Part shown: positions 48,170-56,654 of the stretch, piece by piece | Layout of the letters: each line of letters opens with the position of its first letter | Position numbering within the stretch: position 1 is the first letter of the stretch | Assembly: GCA_005110385.1 (NCBI GenBank) | Contig: DUDT01000006.1 | Span: forward strand, 9,334 to 73,333 | Direction of reading: 5' to 3' | DNA from: Candidatus Melainabacteria bacterium | GTDB taxonomy: Bacteria; Cyanobacteriota; Vampirovibrionia; LMEP-6097 | Length of the DNA: 64,000 nt | Program-made: the position numbers and the translations under genes | The notes under the pieces: model-generated | Seen by the model: only the letters and a program-made list of their open reading frames with translations | Told to the model about the DNA's origin: nothing | The model's database searches: none

Positions 48170-49402
48170 ATGACAGATTTAACTGTAAGAGATAGATATT
48201 TACTGATTATTTTAGCGATTTTTCTATCTGTTCCCCCAATTTTTTCAATTTTTTTAACGTGCATTGATATTTATTACACTGTGATAGCTTTGCCCTGTAT
48301 AGCTTTAATTGCTTTATTTGGCTTTAGCAGGGCAGTGAAAAGAAGCTTATTTTTTACTATTAAGGAGAGTTTATGTAATAAATTTACTCTTTATATTTTA
48401 CTGATTTTCTTTACGCCACTTATATGGGGAGCATTTCAGGGTGATTATTTTTATTCTCGGCATGAAAATGCTCATTGGATAAATGCTTCAACTGTATTTA
48501 TAGTGCCTCTGTTTTATTTCGCTTCGCAGTTATTTCTAAGTTTTTTAGAGTTACTCGGCTTAAAGAGAGTTTGGCAGTTGTCTATTTTTGCAGCTTTATT
48601 TAGTTTAAGTTTTTCTATAGATTGGTTTTACTCACTTTATAAAAGTTTGATCTTTGCAGATTATCGTTGGAATGGCTCTGCTGGTAATGCTAATATTTGG
48701 GCTTGTGAATCCACTATTGTGCTTTTAGTTATAGTGGCAGCTTTCGTTGAGTATAGAAAAGAGAAATCACTGAAACTCTCTCCTTATGTAATAATTCCTG
48801 GCGTAATTATTATTTTTCTTTGTTTGATTGGTATCGCTAAAGCTTTTTCTCTAGCTACTTTAATTGGTATATTAGCTTGTCTTTTTTGCATCGGTGCTTA
48901 TAAACTCTTACGGGAGAGGGTTTGGCTAATTATTGGTGCAATTCTGTTATTGCTTGGCATAGCGTTAATTTTTTATATTTTATTTGGGGATCTGAGCTTT
49001 AAAGCTAAGCAGTTATTTTGGGGAAAGAAATTTTTTCCACGTATTAAGCTATGGCGTAATATTGATGATTTGGTTTTAGATTTTAAATCTCTGGAAATCT
49101 TCTTCGGGATTGGCTTTGAGAAATATACATCTTGGCTCGCTAGTTTTAAAAAGCCAGAATATAATCATATTCATAATGCCTTTTATCATTATTTTATTCA
49201 GTATGGTTTCTTAGGTTTCCTCTGCTCAACCATGCTTTATTTTAAATTATTTTTTGCAAATAGTTTTTATCTGAAAATACTAGCGGTTTTTCTTATAGCT
49301 ATAAGCTTTTTTGACGTCAGTGTATTCTTTGAGGAAGTTCAGATACTATTATTTCTTTTGCTGCCAGTGTTTGAAAGGTTTGAATCTGAAAAAATAGATT
49401 GA
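48170..49402 (+). CDS. O-antigen ligase-like (Wzy_C family) polytopic membrane protein
   Basis: About 10 TM segments and the HNAFYHYFIQYGFLGF motif, typical of O-antigen ligase/polymerase-like proteins. Confidence 0.6.
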   Translation: MTDLTVRDRYLLIILAIFLSVPPIFSIFLTCIDIYYTVIALPCIALIALFGFSRAVKRSLFFTIKESLCNKFTLYILLIFFTPLIWGAFQGDYFYSRHENAHWINASTVFIVPLFYFASQLFLSFLELLGLKRVWQLSIFAALFSLSFSIDWFYSLYKSLIFADYRWNGSAGNANIWACESTIVLLVIVAAFVEYRKEKSLKLSPYVIIPGVIIIFLCLIGIAKAFSLATLIGILACLFCIGAYKLLRERVWLIIGAILLLLGIALIFYILFGDLSFKAKQLFWGKKFFPRIKLWRNIDDLVLDFKSLEIFFGIGFEKYTSWLASFKKPEYNHIHNAFYHYFIQYGFLGFLCSTMLYFKLFFANSFYLKILAVFLIAISFFDVSVFFEEVQILLFLLLPVFERFESEKID

Positions 49403-49449
49403 TGCATTCAGTCTAGCAGACATTGGGGAGCTGATTATGAATGCATCAA
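49399..49449 (-). terminator. 12-bp perfect hairpin in a convergent intergenic region
   Basis: TTGATGCATTCA (49399-49410) pairs with TGAATGCATCAA (49438-49449). On the minus strand a T-run follows. Confidence 0.4.
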
Positions 49450-49480
49450 AATTGATGGAAGCGTGACTGTTGTCTTCCAA

Positions 49481-49828
49481 TTATAGTTGTATTAATTCAT
49501 AAAGGCGCCTATGTTTTTTAGCTTGTTTTTTTATTGCAGTTAGGAAAGGACTCGGTCCACGACGCTCTTCTATTTTTTCCACTGCGTAAAGTACACTAGC
49601 GAAATTAAAAGCTGATAATTCTATTTCATCAATGCGCCCAGACTTTAATTTTTCTTCTGAGTAAATTTCTTTTCGATCTAGTAAAACTTTACTGATCTCA
49701 TCTTTGATCTGAGTGACATCTTCTTCTGAAAATTTTATATTTGCTCTATTCAGGGCTCTCTTTACATCAACCTCTGCGATTTTTTTACGAAAAAAATTAT
49801 CAAGAAATAGCTTCTTTCTATCCTGCAT
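49481..49828 (-). CDS. Hypothetical protein
   Basis: 115-aa ORF with a GGGGAGG SD; no motif. Confidence 0.5.
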   Translation of the reverse strand: MQDRKKLFLDNFFRKKIAEVDVKRALNRANIKFSEEDVTQIKDEISKVLLDRKEIYSEEKLKSGRIDEIELSAFNFASVLYAVEKIEERRGPSPFLTAIKKQAKKHRRLYELIQL

Positions 49829-49853
49829 TTAAGCCTCCCCTCGGATTGTGTCT

Positions 49854-49972
49854 AGACCGCTGCACAACTCCATTTTCTGCGTTTTCGTCGTCCTCATGAT
49901 CCTCATGTACCTTGAGTACACTGCGGTCATTCGTCCTCCTCAGCCTTGAAACTGCACGTTGTGCAGCGGTCT
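49854..49972 (+). repeat. GC-rich 119-bp MITE-like element, copy B
   Basis: Terminal inverted repeats AGACCGCTGCACAAC (49854-49868) and GTTGTGCAGCGGTCT (49958-49972). By manual alignment, 111/119 identical to the reverse complement of copy C. Confidence 0.85.
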
Positions 49973-50109
49973 CTGTAAATCTTTGCTTATTTAATAAGAA
50001 GAATATTTCGTTGTTTTCTTTTGAAATACTTCTATGGATATAAGGTGAGGGAGGGGGTTATTTTGATAGGAAAAGGTGGCGAAATGAAAGTATCCTATCA
50101 TCTGCTGCA

Positions 50110-52281
50110 TTATAGTACGACTTTTGTGCTATTACTGAGCTGATTGCTAGCCATAGATCCTATGGTTTCAGGGTATCTAAATGTGTCTCCATTTGGGTGA
50201 AAATCTGTACCGAAGGTCCCATTTGGTCTAAATATTAAAGCTCCACCGTACGGGGATAGAGCTGCTCTTATCATTCCATCATTTCTAATATTTTGAGGTA
50301 CAAATCCCTCTCTCCTGCTGAGAGCTGCTTGAAATTTACGCTTTGAGGATGCAAAGTATTCCTGGGCTCTAAGTGTTTCTGGGCGATTAGCCGTTGGGAG
50401 GGTGAAAGCTGGCCTAGTATTCCTATTATTTTCATCAAATAATAACGTGACCCCAGAAGGATTAACTTGTGCAGTCAGCTTTTCTTGCCCTTCTTTATTT
50501 GGTCCAAATAAACTTATAATTCCATTATTAATCTCTAGCTTAAATGTTCCATTATCGCTCCTTAGACTAAAAGTCTCATAGGGTTTTCCTTTGGGAGCAG
50601 CTCCTGCTGTGTGGACGACGACGCCTCCCGGCATTTTCACTTCTTTTCCAGGAACTTCTTGATTTGGTAAAAATTCTAATTTAGTTGGATTTTCTGTATT
50701 AACTGTTATGGTTTGAGTGACCAATTGACTCTCTGGGATATCAGCGTCATTGTGATTCTTTCCGAAGCCTGCTTGCATAATATCTTGGTATTTTTCTTGT
50801 AAGTCTTTATCTGACAGCATTTCTGGACCAAGGTGCTTATTTCTTTCTACTGCTGCTGTGTATTCTTTGTGGCTGGGGTACTTACTTGGGTTTAGAATTT
50901 CTGATATTTCAGCTTGAGCTAAGTTTTCTCTGATTACGCTACTCATTGCTTCTTTTAATTTTATAGATAGTGCACTGTGGTTTAGGTGCTGAGTTGATGC
51001 TGTAAATATTTTTTCATATTTTTCATACGCTTCTGATTCTTCTATGTTAAGTCCCTCACTGAGCTTGGCGAAAAAATGGTCAATAAGCTGCTCTTTATTA
51101 AGTGTAGTTATGCCGCTCTCTATAATTCTATTAAATATTGGATCAAGCTTTGCGAGTATTTCTTTTTGTCCTGCAGCTTCTGGATGTATTTTTGCTATTT
51201 GTCTGTTTAAAGAGGCAGAAAGGCCGTCATCATCTGTTTCCTCAAGCGGGGGGCGAGAAAGTCCAGCTGTAAAATTACGAAAAGCTTTGGCAAGATCAAG
51301 AGAAGATTTGTTATCAGGATCTGATGTATTGCTTGTGTCAAGGTTCATCATGGCTTCTCGGATTTCTTCTGCCGATCTAGCTCCTTTAGGTATTTCCCAC
51401 TTAACTGTTATTTTAGGGAGGTCTCCATATTTTATGGTTAGTTCTGAGATTATATGTTCACCACTTGGCGAATTAGGATTAGGACTAAATATTCTTTTTA
51501 GTCTTAGATCTTTTGCTTCCATTTCGTCATAGACTGGCTTATAAATCATTTTTTGCTGAATTAAAGCTACTGCCTCTGCTGCATTTTGAGGGAGAGTATC
51601 TAAGAATTTTTGGTCAACTATAGCGCCTTCCCTGATCCATTCAAGTTTATTTTCTGGAGAGAGGTTATCTAAGCTCATAATTAACTGTAATGGGCTTGAA
51701 TTTAACCTAGTGATTATTTGAGAAGCTTTTACGGATTGAGCATGGTCAGTATTTTTTTCAAAAAGTCCTAATTTATCTTTACGTATAACATCTTGCTCTA
51801 GTGCGATTATGAGGGCACTGCTCAGTCCATAGTGTTTAGGATCGCCCATTATTGAAGTAAATTTTTGCTGACTTGTCATAGTGTCATCGATTAGTAAAGC
51901 CATTAACTCTTTACTTTTAAATTTAATTTCGGGGACTTCATTCTGGAAACTTAATTTTTGCGACCCAAAGGTACTAGACTGCCTACTCTCAGCAGGAAGA
52001 TGCATTGTTATCGCTTTTGCAGTACCCGCAGCATTACTAGTATCTTCTTCTGTAATTGGCAGTTTGGAGACAGCCATAAATCCCTGTTCATCGCCTTCTT
52101 TTGGATGAACTTCGTCCAAAGGTCTTAATGGAGTTACTATTGACGACATCCACCCTATTAGACTTCTAGGGTCTATTTTTTCGTGTTCTGCTAACCTCCC
52201 TGTTTGCACTGGAGATAATATTGTAGAGCCAGGCTCTACGGTATGTGGATAAAGGAATAAGTTTCGACTCGTAATTCCCAT
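50110..52281 (-). CDS. Large orphan protein (723 aa)
   Basis: Long uninterrupted ORF, visibly more GC-rich than its neighbours. No signal peptide, TM segment or known motif. Confidence 0.7.
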   Translation of the reverse strand: MGITSRNLFLYPHTVEPGSTILSPVQTGRLAEHEKIDPRSLIGWMSSIVTPLRPLDEVHPKEGDEQGFMAVSKLPITEEDTSNAAGTAKAITMHLPAESRQSSTFGSQKLSFQNEVPEIKFKSKELMALLIDDTMTSQQKFTSIMGDPKHYGLSSALIIALEQDVIRKDKLGLFEKNTDHAQSVKASQIITRLNSSPLQLIMSLDNLSPENKLEWIREGAIVDQKFLDTLPQNAAEAVALIQQKMIYKPVYDEMEAKDLRLKRIFSPNPNSPSGEHIISELTIKYGDLPKITVKWEIPKGARSAEEIREAMMNLDTSNTSDPDNKSSLDLAKAFRNFTAGLSRPPLEETDDDGLSASLNRQIAKIHPEAAGQKEILAKLDPIFNRIIESGITTLNKEQLIDHFFAKLSEGLNIEESEAYEKYEKIFTASTQHLNHSALSIKLKEAMSSVIRENLAQAEISEILNPSKYPSHKEYTAAVERNKHLGPEMLSDKDLQEKYQDIMQAGFGKNHNDADIPESQLVTQTITVNTENPTKLEFLPNQEVPGKEVKMPGGVVVHTAGAAPKGKPYETFSLRSDNGTFKLEINNGIISLFGPNKEGQEKLTAQVNPSGVTLLFDENNRNTRPAFTLPTANRPETLRAQEYFASSKRKFQAALSRREGFVPQNIRNDGMIRAALSPYGGALIFRPNGTFGTDFHPNGDTFRYPETIGSMASNQLSNSTKVVL

Positions 52282-52365
52282 AAATCATTAATTTAGTGTA
52301 TATCTTTATAATTAGTCAAGCTTTTCTTTAATCTTTATTTTTCGTCCTGCTATTATTAAATTAAG

Positions 52366-53091
52366 ATGCATTTCGTTATTCGAATATTACTGCTTTTGAC
52401 TTTATGTGTAAGTTACGTCTCCGCCCATGAGCCACATTTAGAGCCGAGGCTGATAGAAGTTCAGGGTGCTGCTAAAAAGAAAGTCGCGCCAGATATGGCG
52501 ATCTGTAGTTTTTCTGTTATTAATGAAGCGAAGACGGCTGAAGAATCACGTTCTAAAAATGAGCTGAATGCTAAAAATGTTTTAAATGCTATTCGTAAAA
52601 TGGGCATCGCTGAAGCTGAGATTAATTTAGAGAGATTTAATATAGAGGAAGATCAGGAGTATAGCCAGAAAGAGCAAAAATATATATTTAAAGGCTATAA
52701 GGCGGTAAGAGCCTTTTCTGTAGAGGTTTTTAATTTAGATTTACTGCCTAAAGTAATAGCGACTGTCACTCAAAATGGTACTAATAGCTTAAATGGAGTG
52801 AGTTATACTTTGAAAAACCCTGAGCAGTACAGGCTTCCACTATTAAAGGAGGCGGTGTTAAATGCTAAAGCTAAAGCCGAAGCTATGTTAATACCAGTAA
52901 CTGCTAAATTAGGTCTAGTGCAGAAGCTGAGTGAAAGTTCTTCTTTTGATTATCCCTCACCAAGAGCGATGCCGATGATGCTTATGGCTAAAGCTGCTAA
53001 TGCTGAGAGTGATAGCGGTAGCGTAGAAGCTTATTCTGCTGGAACTGTAGAAATTACAGTTAATGTGCAGGCGAGTTTTAATATTCTTTAG
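52366..53091 (+). CDS. SIMPL/DUF541 family periplasmic protein
   Basis: Has a signal peptide. The pattern IEVQGAAKKKVAPDMA...V...A is typical of DUF541 (26-kDa periplasmic immunogenic protein family). Confidence 0.8.
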   Translation: MHFVIRILLLLTLCVSYVSAHEPHLEPRLIEVQGAAKKKVAPDMAICSFSVINEAKTAEESRSKNELNAKNVLNAIRKMGIAEAEINLERFNIEEDQEYSQKEQKYIFKGYKAVRAFSVEVFNLDLLPKVIATVTQNGTNSLNGVSYTLKNPEQYRLPLLKEAVLNAKAKAEAMLIPVTAKLGLVQKLSESSSFDYPSPRAMPMMLMAKAANAESDSGSVEAYSAGTVEITVNVQASFNIL

Positions 53092-53102
53092 GCTGTTTAT
53101 AG

Positions 53103-53221
53103 AGACCGCTGCACAATGCGCAGTTTCAAGGCTGAGGAGGACGAATGACCGCAGTGTATCAAGCATACATGAGGATCATGAGGACGACGAAAACGCAGAA
53201 AATGGAGTTGTGCAGCGGTCT
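53103..53221 (-). repeat. GC-rich 119-bp MITE-like element, copy C (inverted relative to B)
   Basis: AGACCGCTGCACAA...TTGTGCAGCGGTCT. It fills the convergent gap between the SIMPL stop (53091) and the DUF2126 stop (53225). Confidence 0.85.
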
Positions 53222-53224
53222 CTC

Positions 53225-56200
53225 TTATGACCTTCTCAAATCGAGTGTACATGGAAAGTCTGGATTAATATTAGCTGCTTTAAAAGCTAAATTCCCGGGG
53301 CTGTGCCCCATAGCCTGAAAACGTGATAAGCACCTGCCTTCAGCTTCATTTTCATTTACTGGTAGGCTTTCATAGCTTCTGCCACCGGGGTGCATAACAT
53401 GGTAAGTACAGCCACCTAGAGAACGATTTAATGTTTTATCTATGACATCGAATTTCAGTGGACTGTGTGCGGGGATAGTCGGGTGGAGGCTAGAGTAAGG
53501 TGCCCAAGCTTTAAAGCGCAGACCAGCCACGTAAACACCTTTTTTACTAGTGCTTTGCAGAGGTAGTTCTGTGCCATTGCAAGTTATGCAATGTCTAGAA
53601 TCTATATGACCAGTGACTTTTACTTCTAGTCTTTCTAAGGAAGAATCTACTGATCTGCTAACGCCAGCAGCCCCCAGTTCTTCACCTAATACTGGCCACG
53701 GCTCTAATGCCATGCGTAACTCAAGCTTTATGCTGCCAAGCTGTACTTCACCATATCTTGGGAAGCGAAAATCAAAGAAAGGCTCAAACCAAGAGCTTTC
53801 AAATTTAGCTGCTTTTTTCGGCATGCCAGAATTGAGGAAATTTAATACATCATTAAAATCTTCCCAAAGATAATGAGGCAGCATAAATCTATCATGTAGC
53901 TGTGTTCCCCAAGGAATAAGCTTGCCATTATATGGTGTCTTATAAAATTTAGCGATGCAAGCTCTAATTAATAATGCTTGAACTAAATTCATCTGTGGAT
54001 GAGCTGTCATTTCAAAACCACGCATCTCAAGAAGACCTAATCTGCCAGTGTTACTGTCTGGGCTGTAAAGTTTATCTATGCAGAATTCCGCTCGGTGAGT
54101 GTTACCTGTAAGATCGACAAGCAGATTTCTGAATAGTCTGTCCACTAGCCATGGCGGTATATCTTCACCATCTGGAATCTGCTCAAAGGCTATCTCTAAT
54201 TCATAAAGAGAATCATGCCTAGCTTCATCTATCCTTGGGGACTGACTAGTAGGTCCTATAAACATAGATGAGAAAAGATATGAAAGTGATGGATGATTCT
54301 GCCAGAAAGCGATCATGCTTTTTAATAAATCGGGGCGTTTTAAAAATGGGCTAGCTTCAGGGCTAGAAGCACCTAGTACTATGTGGTTTCCTCCGCCAGT
54401 ACCTACTCTGCGCCCATCAATTAAAAACTTTTCGGTGGTTAAGCGTGTTTTGTAAGCTTCTTCGTATATGGTGAAAGTAATATCTTTTAATTCTTCCCAA
54501 TTATGAGCAGGTTGTATATTTACTTCTATAACACCGGGGTCTGGTGTTACGCTTAGATGCGTGATTCTGAGATCCTTTGGTGGAGTGTAACCTTCAAGGA
54601 CGACTGGAATGTTTAATTCTTCAGTCGTTAACTCAATAGCGACTATAATCTCTAGGAAGTTCTCTATAAAGTTTAACGGTGGTAAAAACAGATGTAATAT
54701 ACCACCCCTGATTTCAGCACAAATCGCACTACGAACTAGACCGCAGGGGTCGTCTTTAAAATCTTTGTCGTGAATATTTTTCTTCGGATTTTTTAAGATA
54801 TGCTCGCGTAGCTGACTATAAGAAGCGAGTGGGGCTTTCTGCTCATAAGGACTAGGTTTCAGTAAAAATTCACCATGAGGGGCTACTACAGTGGGAAGGC
54901 TTTGAAGAGGTAAGCGTAAACCTATAGGTGAATCCCCTATTCCTAATGTTAGCCTTTGATTTCTAAACTCCCATCTATTACTAATCCATCTCTGCCTTCT
55001 TGGTGAAAAATGTAATGGTAGAACATAGCCCACTTCTTTATTAAGATTCTTATCTAATAGATGCTGCAAACGCTTACGCTCAGCAGCTTCATATGTATCA
55101 GCTTCTATGATCTCTTTCTCTATAGGTATTTTATTTTCTTGCCAGAGATAATATATAGTATCTTCAAAAGCTGGAATTATGTAAGATGATGGTATGGAAA
55201 GCTTTTTAGATAATTTTTCTAAAAAGATTTTACTGTTTTCTAAGGAAGTGCTGCTTTTATCTTTTTTAGATTTACTTTTAATTTCGGCAGTCGATATTTT
55301 AATTAAACCAGTGTTAGCCCAGATGGGTTCAGCATCCTTGCGCCAGAAACAGTGCATAGCCCAGCGAGGTAATATTTCACCTGGATACCATTTCCCTTGA
55401 CTGACCTGTATTAAAGCATTAGGCTGAAATCTTTCTTTTAAAGATAGCAGAAGCTTTTCCCCAAGCTGTTTCTTTTCATCGCTGAGAGCTGTGAAATTCC
55501 ATTCAGAACCAGAGCGATTATCAAGAGAGACGAAAGTCGGTTCCCCGCCCATAGTGAGCTCAATTTTAGATTTATTGAGATCTTTATCTATAGCTTTTCC
55601 AAGCAGGTCAATGCTGTTCCATTCATGGTCTGAATATGGCTTGGTGACTCGTCTGTCTTCATGAATACGAGTTATAGTCATCTCGTGGTGTAAAGTGCTA
55701 CCACAAGCTTCAAGTAAGCCGCTGATGGGAGCTGCACTAGAAGGGTTCGGTGTGCAGCACAAAGGTATATGACCTTCACCTGTAAAGAGACCAGATGTAG
55801 GATCTAGCCCTATCCAGCCAGCACCGGGTAAATAGACTTCAGTCCAAGCATGTAAATCAGTAAAATCATGGTCTGTACCAGATGGTCCATCAAGAGATTT
55901 AATATCAGCTTTTAATTGGATGAGATAACCAGAGGCAAAGCGAGTTGCTAAGCCGAGATGGCGCATGGCTTGGCAAAGTAACCATGCAGAGTCTCTGCAT
56001 GAGCCACTTTTAAGCTTGAGTGTCTCTTCGCAGCTCTGAATACCTTCTTCTAAGCGAATTACATATTTTAATGACTTGTTTAATTCACTATTTATGGCTA
56101 CCAAGAAATCTATAGTATTTAGTTTATTTTCTTTATTGAGCTGGGTTGATTCCGTGAAATCCTTTATCCAAGCCTTAAGTAAGCTGCCATTTTCCTTAAT

Positions 56201-56557
56201 TTCTAAATATGGCGATAGCTCTTCTCTTAATTCAGCACTATAGGAGAAAGGAAATTTCTCGGCGTAATCTTCTAGGAAAAAATCAAAAGGGTTAAAAACT
56301 CTAAGTTCTGTAATTAGGTCAACTTCAACAGAAAATTCTTTAGTCTCTTCCGGAAAGACTAAGCGAGCTAAGTAATTTCCAAAAGGGTCTTGTTGCCAGT
56401 TTATGAAATGTTTTTCAGGTAAGACTTTTAATGAATAGGACTGGATGTGTGATCTGCAATGGGGTGCTGGGCGCAATCTGATCGTCTGCATGCCAAGCTT
56501 AATCGGTCTATCATAGCTGTAGCGTGTAATATGGTGTAGTGCTGTTAATATACCCAT
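53225..56557 (-). CDS. Giant transglutaminase-family protein (Bact_transglu_N + transglutaminase core + DUF2126)
   Basis: 1110 aa. N-terminus HHITRYSYDRPI...IRLRP. Catalytic Cys in SGSCRDSAWLLCQAMRHLG; His/Asp in DLHAWTEVYLPGAGWIGLDPTSG. The long C-terminal region is typical of DUF2126. Confidence 0.85.
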   Translation of the reverse strand: MGILTALHHITRYSYDRPIKLGMQTIRLRPAPHCRSHIQSYSLKVLPEKHFINWQQDPFGNYLARLVFPEETKEFSVEVDLITELRVFNPFDFFLEDYAEKFPFSYSAELREELSPYLEIKENGSLLKAWIKDFTESTQLNKENKLNTIDFLVAINSELNKSLKYVIRLEEGIQSCEETLKLKSGSCRDSAWLLCQAMRHLGLATRFASGYLIQLKADIKSLDGPSGTDHDFTDLHAWTEVYLPGAGWIGLDPTSGLFTGEGHIPLCCTPNPSSAAPISGLLEACGSTLHHEMTITRIHEDRRVTKPYSDHEWNSIDLLGKAIDKDLNKSKIELTMGGEPTFVSLDNRSGSEWNFTALSDEKKQLGEKLLLSLKERFQPNALIQVSQGKWYPGEILPRWAMHCFWRKDAEPIWANTGLIKISTAEIKSKSKKDKSSTSLENSKIFLEKLSKKLSIPSSYIIPAFEDTIYYLWQENKIPIEKEIIEADTYEAAERKRLQHLLDKNLNKEVGYVLPLHFSPRRQRWISNRWEFRNQRLTLGIGDSPIGLRLPLQSLPTVVAPHGEFLLKPSPYEQKAPLASYSQLREHILKNPKKNIHDKDFKDDPCGLVRSAICAEIRGGILHLFLPPLNFIENFLEIIVAIELTTEELNIPVVLEGYTPPKDLRITHLSVTPDPGVIEVNIQPAHNWEELKDITFTIYEEAYKTRLTTEKFLIDGRRVGTGGGNHIVLGASSPEASPFLKRPDLLKSMIAFWQNHPSLSYLFSSMFIGPTSQSPRIDEARHDSLYELEIAFEQIPDGEDIPPWLVDRLFRNLLVDLTGNTHRAEFCIDKLYSPDSNTGRLGLLEMRGFEMTAHPQMNLVQALLIRACIAKFYKTPYNGKLIPWGTQLHDRFMLPHYLWEDFNDVLNFLNSGMPKKAAKFESSWFEPFFDFRFPRYGEVQLGSIKLELRMALEPWPVLGEELGAAGVSRSVDSSLERLEVKVTGHIDSRHCITCNGTELPLQSTSKKGVYVAGLRFKAWAPYSSLHPTIPAHSPLKFDVIDKTLNRSLGGCTYHVMHPGGRSYESLPVNENEAEGRCLSRFQAMGHSPGNLAFKAANINPDFPCTLDLRRS

Positions 56558-56654
56558 GAATTTTCCTAAATTTGTTTTGATAATCTAGGCTATCTATAAT
56601 ATAGTTGTTAATAAGCCAATATTACAAGGGCTTTCTTTATCTAAGGGTCGACTT

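Noticed and set aside
49854-49972. The 119-bp element as a single long RNA hairpin, a retron-like msr/msd, or a CRISPR-type repeat
   Set aside because: Only the 15-bp termini and a 4-bp central stem are self-complementary; the two internal arms are not complementary to each other. No reverse transcriptase or cas genes are nearby, and there is no regular spacing. A MITE-like dispersed repeat fits better.
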